IMG/VR virus record: IMGVR_UViG_3300044513_002008
Span: 1 to 36,384 of that record
Strand: one strand, 5' to 3'
Origin: a virus
Lineage: Duplodnaviria > Caudoviricetes
DNA length: 36,384 nucleotides
Numbering within the stretch: position 1 is the stretch's first letter; each line of letters opens with the position of its first letter. The notes beneath the pieces were generated by a model that saw nothing but the letters and a program-made list of their open reading frames with translations, was not told the origin of the DNA and did no database searches. Position numbers and translations under genes: made by a program. This document shows positions 16,993 to 25,858 of the stretch, in pieces.

Positions 16993-18159
16993 ATGCGAGT
17001 AAAGAAAACTATTGCTTTTCACAAACTAAGAAAACTTCAAAGTAGGATACGAGTTGTAAAGGGTGGAACAAGTGCATCCAAGACCATATCAATACTTTGT
17101 TTACTTATAGACTATGCAATAAAAAACGATGGCAAAGAGATTAGCGTAGTATCTGAAAGTATACCACACCTTCGTAGAGGTGCTTTAAAGGACTTCTTAG
17201 GCATTTTAAAGGGTCTTAATAGGTACAAGGATGACCAATACAATAAAAGTACCTTAAAATACACTTTTACAAACGGAAGCTATATAGAGTTCTTTTCAAC
17301 TGACCAACCTGATAAACTAAGAGGCGCAAGACGTACAGACTTATACATAAACGAATGTAATAATGTACCCTTTGATGCTTACACACAATTAGCAGTTAGA
17401 ACATCAGGAACTATATGGTTAGACTATAACCCATCTAATATATTTTGGGTAGATAAGGAATTAATAGGAAAAGAAGATACCGACTACATTACACTTACCT
17501 ACAAAGATAATGATGCGCTACCTAAGTCAATAGTAAAGGAAATAGAGAAAGCAAAAGAAAAAGCTAAGACATCTACTTACTGGGCAAATTGGTGGAAGGT
17601 TTACGGATTAGGTGAAACGGGTAGCTTAGAAGGTGTATGTATTCCTGATTGGAGAGAGATAGATACAATACCCGAAGATGCAAGATTATTAGCATACGGG
17701 ATGGACTTTGGATATACAGACCCTACTACAATAATAGGATTATACAAATGGAATGAATCCTACATAGCAGACGAAGTATTCTATAAATCTAATACCGTTT
17801 TAAGGGATGTTAGCTTGTTTCTAAGGCACAATAATATAAAAGACAATATAATTGCTGACCAAGCTGAACCGAAGTCCATAGAAACGCTTAGAAGGGATGG
17901 GCATAATATCTACCCTTGTACAAAAGGCAGGGATAGTGTAAACTTTGGAATCAACCTAATAAACCAAAACGAAATATATGTTACAAGTAGAAGCAGGAAT
18001 CTAAAACGAGAACTACAAGGATATGTATGGGCAAAAGACAAAGACGGTAACACACTACCTAAACCAACAGGCGAACACCCTGACTGCATAGATGCCCTTA
18101 GATACGTTTTAACAGACACGTTAGACAACGCACACAGGGGGCAATATTTTGTATATTAA
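16993..18159 (+). CDS. terL: Terminase large subunit (PBSX-like)
   Basis: Walker A GGTSASKT, KLRGARR...YINE, DYNP, nuclease GMDFG and DCIDALRY. Confidence 0.92.
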   Translation: MRVKKTIAFHKLRKLQSRIRVVKGGTSASKTISILCLLIDYAIKNDGKEISVVSESIPHLRRGALKDFLGILKGLNRYKDDQYNKSTLKYTFTNGSYIEFFSTDQPDKLRGARRTDLYINECNNVPFDAYTQLAVRTSGTIWLDYNPSNIFWVDKELIGKEDTDYITLTYKDNDALPKSIVKEIEKAKEKAKTSTYWANWWKVYGLGETGSLEGVCIPDWREIDTIPEDARLLAYGMDFGYTDPTTIIGLYKWNESYIADEVFYKSNTVLRDVSLFLRHNNIKDNIIADQAEPKSIETLRRDGHNIYPCTKGRDSVNFGINLINQNEIYVTSRSRNLKRELQGYVWAKDKDGNTLPKPTGEHPDCIDALRYVLTDTLDNAHRGQYFVY

Positions 18160-18177
18160 AAATATTTTATATATTTG
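18148..18177 (+). promoter_or_regulatory. Bacteroidota sigma-A-type promoter (moron)
   Basis: TTTG(18148)-N18-TATATTTG(18170). Confidence 0.65.
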
Positions 18178-18197
18178 AACCATAAAACAATAACACA

Positions 18198-18353
18198 ATG
18201 AAAGATTTTATTATTATTTGTAAGCAAGCAAGCGAAAAAGAAAACAGGAAATTTATCCGTAAATCTCTTTTTCAGTTTTTTGTATTAATGGTAGGGTTTT
18301 ACCTTATGGCGATTACCTTTGTTAATATTCTATTTTGGATATGGCGAGGATAG
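18198..18353 (+). CDS. Small membrane protein (51 aa)
   Basis: ...SLFQFFVLMVGFYLMAITFVNILFWIWRG; A-rich leader. Confidence 0.55.
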   Translation: MKDFIIICKQASEKENRKFIRKSLFQFFVLMVGFYLMAITFVNILFWIWRG

Positions 18354-18634
18354 AGGATTGGCAAATGAAACAAAGATGCTGGGATAATGGCATCATATTA
18401 TACCCTAAGCCTATACAAAGGGGTATGAAGTCTGATGTAGTTATAGAACTTGAAATAAGAGGACAAACTAAAACAGGTAAGGAAGTTTACAAGCAGGATA
18501 AAAAAGGACAGGAGGCAATATCCAATAAGATGAAAGAACTGTACTTGGAACTTTACTTTAGTCAGAAGCATAAATTTAAACCTAAAGAATTTATTTGGGA
18601 TTTCCAAAAAAAGTGTTATATTAGCAGACAATAA
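18341..18634 (+). CDS. Hypothetical protein
   Basis: ATG at 18341; second gene of the moron. Confidence 0.55.
   Translation: MARIEDWQMKQRCWDNGIILYPKPIQRGMKSDVVIELEIRGQTKTGKEVYKQDKKGQEAISNKMKELYLELYFSQKHKFKPKEFIWDFQKKCYISRQ
18594..18624 (+). promoter_or_regulatory. Bacteroidota sigma-A-type promoter for a short RNA
   Basis: TTTG(18594)-N19-TATATTAG(18617), only ~40 nt upstream of a terminator. Confidence 0.55.
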
Positions 18635-18694
18635 ATATTCTTTTTTCATTTTTATACTTTGGTTAAGGGGGCAGCGATGCCCTCTTTTCTTTTT
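18629..18694 (+). ncRNA. Candidate ~65-nt small RNA
   Basis: Bounded by a promoter-like motif and a GCGA-tetraloop terminator; U-rich body; no credible ORF. Confidence 0.4.
18665..18694 (+). terminator. Rho-independent terminator
   Basis: aagggggca-gcga-tgccctctt followed by a T-rich tail. Confidence 0.8.
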
Positions 18695-18727
18695 ATACAT
18701 AATTGTTGTATTTTTATTGTATTAATA
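18695..18727 (+). promoter_or_regulatory. Putative phage late promoter 2 (tail operon)
   Basis: ATACA(18695)-N15-TATTG(18715)TATTA. Confidence 0.6.
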
Positions 18728-18734
18728 TACGATT

Positions 18735-19397
18735 ATGAAAATAGACATTTACATACCTGAGAAATTATCCGATATTACGTTGGAGCAATATCAAAAGTTT
18801 GCAAAACTAAACACGGAAGAAAACCAAAACAGTAGTTTCCTACTGCATAAGATGGTAGAGATATTTTGTAGGCTTGACTTAAAAGATATAGCAAGAATCA
18901 AATACCAATATGTTAATAGCATAGTATCAGACCTAAACGAAATATTTAACACAAAGACAGACTTAATACCTACGTTTAATATGAAAGGTATAGAATATGG
19001 CTTTGTACCAAAGTTAGATGACATTACATTAGGCGAGTACATAGACCTTGATAGTAACCTATCTGATTGGGATACGATGCACAAATCTATGGCTGTGCTT
19101 TACAGACCTGTTAAATACAAAAAAGACCATAGATACCAAATAGAAGAATATACGGGAACGGAAGATGCTGAGAAGTTTAAAGATATGCCCTTAGACGTAG
19201 TAATGGGTAGTCTTGTTTTTTTTTGGAGTTTAAGCAACGAGTTGTTACAAATTACCCTGAAATATTTAGCGAAAGAGATGGAGGAGAACCTGACCTTACA
19301 GCAACGTCAAATTTTGGACGAAAGTGGGGTTGGTATCAATCAATCTATGGATTGGCTAAGGGGGATGTTACCAAGTTTGACACCGTTACAAAATTAA
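18735..19397 (+). CDS. Tail assembly chaperone (G-like), 0-frame product
   Basis: ITLGEYIDLD motif; contains a T9 slippery run at 19216-19224; first gene of the tail operon. Confidence 0.6.
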   Translation: MKIDIYIPEKLSDITLEQYQKFAKLNTEENQNSSFLLHKMVEIFCRLDLKDIARIKYQYVNSIVSDLNEIFNTKTDLIPTFNMKGIEYGFVPKLDDITLGEYIDLDSNLSDWDTMHKSMAVLYRPVKYKKDHRYQIEEYTGTEDAEKFKDMPLDVVMGSLVFFWSLSNELLQITLKYLAKEMEENLTLQQRQILDESGVGINQSMDWLRGMLPSLTPLQN

Positions 19398-19477
19398 ATG
19401 TTCACAAGTCATTTATTTACTTAGCATTTGAAAAAGAAAAAATAGAGTTAGAAAAATCAATGATTAAAAAAAGATGA
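19223..19477 (+). CDS. -1 frameshift extension of the tail chaperone (GT-like)
   Basis: No ATG start. The -1 frame opens after TAG 19208-19210, just before the T-run, and encodes ...KWGWYQSIYGLAKGD... Confidence 0.65.
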   Translation: MEFKQRVVTNYPEIFSERDGGEPDLTATSNFGRKWGWYQSIYGLAKGDVTKFDTVTKLNVHKSFIYLAFEKEKIELEKSMIKKR

Positions 19478-19929
19478 AAGGTTTTTACCAAGTAACAGAC
19501 AAAATAAAAACACTTCTAAATGCAGAGCCATTTGTAAATACCGTTTCTTTTGGTAGTATTGACGATGTAGATTTAGATAAGCAGGGTATTTTTCCCTTAT
19601 CGCATATTATAGTAAACAATGCAGTTGTGGGTACAAGGACTACAACTTTTAATATATCGATTCTTGCAATGGACATAGTAGATATATCTACCGATGAGGT
19701 TACTGATACGTTTGTAGGAAACGACAATGAGCAGGATGTATTAAACACACAACTTGCATTACTTACAAGGATAATAAACGAACTACAAAGGGGGGATAGT
19801 TACACCGACAAATATCAGGTTGATGCTAATGTAACTTGTGAGCCTTTTGTTGATAGGTTTGAAAACAAGTTAGCTGGGTGGTCAGCTACATTTGATGTAA
19901 TAGTACAAAACGATATGACAGTTTGCTAA
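19474..19929 (+). CDS. Tail completion/terminator-like protein
   Basis: Size, acidic character, FPLSHI...LAGWSATFDV, and position. Confidence 0.5.
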   Translation: MKGFYQVTDKIKTLLNAEPFVNTVSFGSIDDVDLDKQGIFPLSHIIVNNAVVGTRTTTFNISILAMDIVDISTDEVTDTFVGNDNEQDVLNTQLALLTRIINELQRGDSYTDKYQVDANVTCEPFVDRFENKLAGWSATFDVIVQNDMTVC

Positions 19930-20441
19930 TGACTTTTGCACAAACAAAAAAAGCCTTAGAGGTATTTGCCAATACTGTAATAAAACAATCAAAGGGAAAC
20001 CTACGCAGACACCGTAACAATAAATTCATTACAGGTTCAGCAAGTGGCGACTTAGAAGGTAGTTTGGGATATGATTTAAAAGTAAGCCCTAATAGTTTCG
20101 CATTAGAGTTTTATATGGCAGACTATGGTATATTCCAAGACGAAGGTGTAAAGGGAGCAGAGAGTACTTATAGACAAAGCCAAAATAGTAGATTTCAATA
20201 TAAGAAAATGCCTTTAAATGCACAGGCAAAAAAGTCTATTGGCAAATGGATAAAACAAAAAGGTTTAGAGGGAGATGTTAAAAGTCTTACATACGTGATA
20301 GCAAGAAGCATATATAAAAAAGGATTAAGGGCTTCTATGTTTTTTACTAAACCTTTTGAAAATGCATATTTAAAACTACCCGAAGAACTAATAGAAAAGT
20401 TTGCATTAGACATTGACGAATTTATAGAGTTTACAAGATGA
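19929..20441 (+). CDS. HK97 gp10-like neck/tail component
   Basis: ASGDLEGSL...YGIFQDEG...IARSIYKKG...FFTKPF; basic protein. Confidence 0.55.
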   Translation: MTFAQTKKALEVFANTVIKQSKGNLRRHRNNKFITGSASGDLEGSLGYDLKVSPNSFALEFYMADYGIFQDEGVKGAESTYRQSQNSRFQYKKMPLNAQAKKSIGKWIKQKGLEGDVKSLTYVIARSIYKKGLRASMFFTKPFENAYLKLPEELIEKFALDIDEFIEFTR

Positions 20442-22081
20442 CAAAAATAAATATTAGAAGTCCATTTTATTTAAGGTATGACGAACCAGCCTTACCAAGT
20501 GTTGCATTGGACTGTAATTTGATTAATTTACAAAATATGTCCATTGACCAGTTTGGTAATGTAACCTTACCCGACTTGGACTATGGAACTATCATTAGCT
20601 ATACATCTTCGGATGTGGATTTTGCAAATGGAAAGTTTGACACGGTAGTATCAGCTACGAGTAGAACGGTAACTTTTACAATATCTATACCTGTTAATTT
20701 TAGTAATGCAGGGGATAATACAATAGATTGTGATGCCACATTTACTCAACCTGCATTTGTTTGTACAGGAGGGGTAACGACAAGCGGTAGTATTCCAAGC
20801 CAAGCATTAGATACAGGAGGCGATTCAGTAGAAATAGACTTAACAAGTTACTTTACCGCAGGAACTGACCCAATAGAGGGATATAATATAACCAATAGTT
20901 ATAGTAATATAGTTTCTACTTCATTAAGTAACGAAACGCTAAAAATATTCTCAATTAATAGGGCTGGAACAGCAACTATATTTGTGGAAGCTTACGACAG
21001 TAATGAGGCAACGTGTAATGCAACCCAATCAATAAGTATTACCGTTTCTGATGCAATTACCTACGATTGTAATTATGCTTTCTTTGTTGGTGGGTCTATA
21101 TCTAATTTAGGAGTAATTACAAACCCATCAGTAAACGGAACAATAACCGCAATAAAGGAAACATCAGGAGGTGCATCAATAACAAGTTATCCTGCTAACA
21201 ATACAGGAAGTGCAAGGGAGGTAACTTTATATTTTGATATTACTGTTCCATCGGGATTTGGATATACAAACGCAGGAGCAACGGTAGAGTGTTCAAAAAC
21301 CTTTACTCAATCTTCTACAACACTTCCACAATTTACGTGTTCGGTTGCAGGGCTAACAGGACAGGCGGTAGCTGTAAACGGAACTATTAAAATAGGAACT
21401 GCAAATGTAGGAACAATATCAGGATTTTCCCCCTTATCATTTCCTACTGTAACCACCGACACGGAAAGAACAGTAGCTTTTAATATTACACCACCTGCGA
21501 GTGGATATGCAAATAGTGGAGGGTCTGATATATCTTGTAATGTTACAATGACACAGCCCGCTCCTGAACCGCCAGCAATAGGAACGGAAACTTGGTACAT
21601 ATCACAAACAAACTACGACTTTTTGACACGAGCGCAATTAGAAAGCGCAGATTATCCATATACATTAACACCTATTGGATTTTCCTATACAGATTACTAT
21701 GCTACAGTTTTAGATACATTAGAAGGTTATTTGGAAAAAAATGGCACTTCGGCAAATATAACTACAGCCCGAACCGAAATAAAACTAAATGATGCTAATA
21801 TATTAAACAATATTGGTAGTGGTATTTATGACACCACATCTAATGTACCAAACTTTTTATCTGTAATATTTGATGATGTTTATAGCTCTTCAAGAATTAA
21901 TCCAACAGGCGGTTTGTATTTTAGGGTAAATAAAGCAAGGGAAGGAAGTAGTGCAAAAACAGCAACCTATGTACAAGCCAATTACACACCTTTTTATTTT
22001 ATTAAGGTTGAATCAAATTTTAGAATATCAGAGGTATGGAATGTAGATTTAGTTAATAGAACCTTTACAAAATTAGCATAA
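20438..22081 (+). CDS. Tail/baseplate-associated protein with repeated Cys-bracketed beta domains
   Basis: Three ~80-aa repeats C...GTI...R(T/E)V...P...NxG...C...TQ plus an Ig-like segment; S/T-rich. Confidence 0.55.
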   Translation: MTKINIRSPFYLRYDEPALPSVALDCNLINLQNMSIDQFGNVTLPDLDYGTIISYTSSDVDFANGKFDTVVSATSRTVTFTISIPVNFSNAGDNTIDCDATFTQPAFVCTGGVTTSGSIPSQALDTGGDSVEIDLTSYFTAGTDPIEGYNITNSYSNIVSTSLSNETLKIFSINRAGTATIFVEAYDSNEATCNATQSISITVSDAITYDCNYAFFVGGSISNLGVITNPSVNGTITAIKETSGGASITSYPANNTGSAREVTLYFDITVPSGFGYTNAGATVECSKTFTQSSTTLPQFTCSVAGLTGQAVAVNGTIKIGTANVGTISGFSPLSFPTVTTDTERTVAFNITPPASGYANSGGSDISCNVTMTQPAPEPPAIGTETWYISQTNYDFLTRAQLESADYPYTLTPIGFSYTDYYATVLDTLEGYLEKNGTSANITTARTEIKLNDANILNNIGSGIYDTTSNVPNFLSVIFDDVYSSSRINPTGGLYFRVNKAREGSSAKTATYVQANYTPFYFIKVESNFRISEVWNVDLVNRTFTKLA

Positions 22082-23070
22082 TGGCATTTAAGACAGTAGA
22101 TTTAAATATTTATATATACGAGGGTACGGAGGGGTCATACACTTCAACCGACTTAAAATATAATATACAAAAAAGTATTATTGGGGAAGATACAGAGGTA
22201 GTGTTTGAAATATCCGAACTTGTAAGGGATTACATAGACCAAACCTTTAATAACGATTATTTATCTAAGTGTGTTTGGGTTACGACTATTGCAACCTTAA
22301 TAGACGATGAGGGTGTGGTGTTTACCTATGGTAGCCCAGTATCAACTAATTATTTAGCGGTTGATGGTTATGGATATTTTGAAGATGAGATAAACCCAAC
22401 TTTGATAGGTAATGCCTTAATGACCGCAAATAGTATTTACTTACCCGAAGATACCACAGGAGTATTGCCTATTTATGCATCAGGTGTTGGAAAAGTAACT
22501 ATTGATTCAGTAGATACCGAAATAACAGACAACGGTAATACAAACCAAAAACTACAATATGTAACTATTCCAGCAAATAGTAGCACGATACAGGTTTACG
22601 ATACGGACGATTCAACCCTATTAAGAACTATAACGGTTTACAATGTATGCGAACCAAAATACACACCCTTTAAAGTAACCTTTGTAAATAAATATGGAGC
22701 ATATCAGGATTTGTACTTCTTTAAAAAATCCACAGAAACATTTAACGTAACAGACGAAACCTTTAAAAGAAATACCGTTACTACAAATAGTGCTGTAAAT
22801 TACGCAACCTACAAAGGACAAAAAGAAAGATATAACACAAATGCAACTAAAACTATTAGTTTAAATACAGGATTTATAAATGAGGATAATAATTCAACGA
22901 TTGAAGAACTATTTTTATCTGATAACGTTTGGATTCGATACGGTTCTCAGACTTTGCCAATCATACCTAAGACGAAATCACTAACATTAAAAACAAGTCT
23001 AAACGATAAGTTGGCAAACTATACGGTAGAATTTGATTTTGCATTTAACAAAATAAACAACGTTCGTTAA
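22081..23070 (+). CDS. Tail structural protein (distal tail-like)
   Basis: FEISELVRDY, FVNKYGAYQDLYF, LNTGF, EELFLS; located before the large tail protein. Confidence 0.5.
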   Translation: MAFKTVDLNIYIYEGTEGSYTSTDLKYNIQKSIIGEDTEVVFEISELVRDYIDQTFNNDYLSKCVWVTTIATLIDDEGVVFTYGSPVSTNYLAVDGYGYFEDEINPTLIGNALMTANSIYLPEDTTGVLPIYASGVGKVTIDSVDTEITDNGNTNQKLQYVTIPANSSTIQVYDTDDSTLLRTITVYNVCEPKYTPFKVTFVNKYGAYQDLYFFKKSTETFNVTDETFKRNTVTTNSAVNYATYKGQKERYNTNATKTISLNTGFINEDNNSTIEELFLSDNVWIRYGSQTLPIIPKTKSLTLKTSLNDKLANYTVEFDFAFNKINNVR

Positions 23071-25706
23071 TGTTAAACTTACAGTTATATGTAGAGGGTC
23101 AGGAGATAGACCTATTTGATGATGAATCGGTAACCCTTACGCAGTCTATTCAGGATGTAATGGACATTGAAAAGGTGTTTACAGATTTTTCACGAACCTT
23201 TAATGTGCCTGCTTCAAAGACCAACAATAAAATATTTAAACATTTTCACGACCCTTATATTATAGGATTTGATGCACGGTATAAAAAAGATGCTGAATTA
23301 CACCTAAACTATAAGCTATTTAAAAAGGGTAAAATAAAATTAGAAGGAGCAACAAAAAAAGACAACAAGGCACACACATACAAATTAACATTTTTTGGAA
23401 GTACGATTACCTTAAATGATTTGCTTGGGGAGGACAAGTTAAATAGTTTGTCATACATAAGTGAGTATTTTTCCTTTACCTATAACAATGACAATATTAA
23501 AACCTATATGTCCGATGGTTTGGATGTTACCGTAGGAGAGGACACCTATGAGGAAGCTATTGTTTTTCCGCTTATTACCCACACCAAGAGGTTAATATAC
23601 GATTCCAACCATACTGCGGACAATGTAAATACCAATACAACTAATAATATTGCATATACAAACGATACTGACTATGGTTTAGAAATATCACAACTTAAAC
23701 CAGCTATCAAAGTCCACGCAATTATTAGAGCAATAGAGCAAAGGTATGGAATAAACTTTAGTGATGACTTTTTTACTACTACTAATGATGTTTACAATAA
23801 ACTTTATTTGTGGTTACATAACAAAACAGGAGCGTTTGGAACAGGAGAGATACCCGTAGGATTTGCCACAAATTATGCTATAACTAAAAACGATAAATAT
23901 GTAAGGATTAAATCAGGAGCATTTGAACTTTATGATGCGCCTGCAAAAGGGATGAATGTTGTAGTGGTGCCTGATACAAATAACCCATTTAATGTAGTCA
24001 TATACAAAGACGGTATAGAGTTTAGACGTTATGATAACGTAAATTTAAATTACACAAATAACACAGAATGGAGTTTAAAAGTTCAAGATAATAGCGATAT
24101 ACAAGGTTTAGTACTCGGCACTTTTTCTATAGCAATAGAAAGTGAAACACCAAACAACTTTGATTTTAGAATTGAGGTTACAATATCGAAAAGAGGAGCA
24201 ACAAGGCTAAGTGCAAGTGCTTCGGTAGGAACAAACATAGAGGTTATAAGTACAACTTATATGCCCGATATGAAAATAATAGACTTTCTTACGGGATTAT
24301 TTAAGATGTTTAACCTTACGGCTTACGTTGATGATGCAGGAGATGTAATTGTAAAAACATTAGACGACTTCTATGCGGATAGTACAAGTATTTGGGATGT
24401 AACCCCGTACATAGACAAAAACCAACAAAGCGTAAACACAATACTCCCATATAAGCAAGTAGATTTTTCATTTAAGGGTACAGAGAACTTTTTTGCACAA
24501 TCACACGCTGAACAATTTAAAGTGAATTGGGGTGAACTTAAATACAATGTATCGGAAAAGTTTGATGGTAAAATTTACAAAATAGAATTGCCCTTTGAAC
24601 ATTTTAAATACGAGAGGCTATATGATGTAAATGGTGGTACTGCTACCGATATACTTTGGGGGTGGAGTGCGGATGTAAAGCAAGATGCAAATGTAGGAGA
24701 GCCTTTGTTGTTCTATCCAATAAAACAAACCCTTAATATGGGTATATTAGACTTAGAAGGTGCTGTATCACAAAAAACAACCGCCTATGTGCCATCAAAT
24801 TCAGTAAGTTTAACGGATTCATTTAATATAAACTTTGGTGCTGAGTACAACGAATATGCACAAGTACCATTTAATAGTACAATATTTGATACTTATTATA
24901 AAAACTACATTTCGGAAATATTTGACCCACAGAAAAGACTACTAAAAACTAAAGCATTTTTGCCTTTGTCTATGCTAAGTCAGTTTACCCTTGCCGACAA
25001 GGTTAGGATATTTAACGATTTGTATAGAATAAACAAGATTACTACAAACTTTGAAAGTTTACAATCTGATTTAGAATTAATAAACAGTAAAGAAACCTTT
25101 GGAGAACTTATATCCGTACCAGCGACCACACCAACAAGGTTCACTATTGAGGATAAATGTTTAACAATAGACGAAATGACCGACATATCCGAACTTTATG
25201 CTTATACTGTGGATTCATTCTGTGAGGCAGATGGTTTCTTGATTACTGCGACTACTGATTTAGTGCCTGATGCACTTGATACGTCTAACATTCCAAAGTA
25301 CACAGAGGTAAACGAGGCTATTCAAGTTTCACCCGCTTTACTTGCGGATTATACACCTATAACGGTTACAAGTAGTGAAATATATTTGGCTCATACAATA
25401 ACTGCATTAGGACTTGTAGGGGTAATTTCACAAATAGACGAATACGGATTTTTCTATTCTTCAACTTCAAGTGATTTAGATAGTACGAATGTAGATACAT
25501 TAAAGGCAAATGTAAACGTTACAAATATACATTTTGAAACTACTCAATATAACTTTACGATAAACCCAGCAGATGTAATTGCAAAAGTGGGAGGGTTGTC
25601 AAGCGGAGAAACAATTTATTGGAGGTTCTACGCAAGAACTAACACAGACCCTTTATACAAAACCGCAGACGTATTTTCAGATAAGAAAACAAGTACAACA
25701 CTATGA
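23070..25706 (+). CDS. Large tail tip / baseplate hub protein
   Basis: N-terminal IDLFDDESVTLTQSIQDV...FSRTFNVPASKTNNKIFKH, typical of Bacteroidota siphophage tail proteins; 878 aa. Confidence 0.6.
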   Translation: MLNLQLYVEGQEIDLFDDESVTLTQSIQDVMDIEKVFTDFSRTFNVPASKTNNKIFKHFHDPYIIGFDARYKKDAELHLNYKLFKKGKIKLEGATKKDNKAHTYKLTFFGSTITLNDLLGEDKLNSLSYISEYFSFTYNNDNIKTYMSDGLDVTVGEDTYEEAIVFPLITHTKRLIYDSNHTADNVNTNTTNNIAYTNDTDYGLEISQLKPAIKVHAIIRAIEQRYGINFSDDFFTTTNDVYNKLYLWLHNKTGAFGTGEIPVGFATNYAITKNDKYVRIKSGAFELYDAPAKGMNVVVVPDTNNPFNVVIYKDGIEFRRYDNVNLNYTNNTEWSLKVQDNSDIQGLVLGTFSIAIESETPNNFDFRIEVTISKRGATRLSASASVGTNIEVISTTYMPDMKIIDFLTGLFKMFNLTAYVDDAGDVIVKTLDDFYADSTSIWDVTPYIDKNQQSVNTILPYKQVDFSFKGTENFFAQSHAEQFKVNWGELKYNVSEKFDGKIYKIELPFEHFKYERLYDVNGGTATDILWGWSADVKQDANVGEPLLFYPIKQTLNMGILDLEGAVSQKTTAYVPSNSVSLTDSFNINFGAEYNEYAQVPFNSTIFDTYYKNYISEIFDPQKRLLKTKAFLPLSMLSQFTLADKVRIFNDLYRINKITTNFESLQSDLELINSKETFGELISVPATTPTRFTIEDKCLTIDEMTDISELYAYTVDSFCEADGFLITATTDLVPDALDTSNIPKYTEVNEAIQVSPALLADYTPITVTSSEIYLAHTITALGLVGVISQIDEYGFFYSSTSSDLDSTNVDTLKANVNVTNIHFETTQYNFTINPADVIAKVGGLSSGETIYWRFYARTNTDPLYKTADVFSDKKTSTTL

Positions 25707-25858
25707 TAGAAAATATATTTAATTTATTAGAGATAGCAAAGAACCAAAAAACGTCAGGGCATTATACCTCAATAGCATTAGGTAAAAACAAATTTCCTGA
25801 AAGTTTAAGGGAAGCGTATAACATATTTAAGATAGAGTTATGGCATACAAAAAAGTAG
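25703..25858 (+). CDS. Hypothetical protein (51 aa)
   Basis: MIENIFNLLEIAKN...IALGKNKFPES...; ATGA overlap; bridges the gap to the TMP. Confidence 0.5.
   Translation: MIENIFNLLEIAKNQKTSGHYTSIALGKNKFPESLREAYNIFKIELWHTKK

Noticed and set aside
18398-18700. Minus-strand ORF with a good-looking MKKEYLL start
   Set aside because: It overlaps a plus-strand gene in an otherwise single-strand genome, and I saw no minus-strand promoter. Treated as the antisense face of a candidate sRNA, though not fully excluded.
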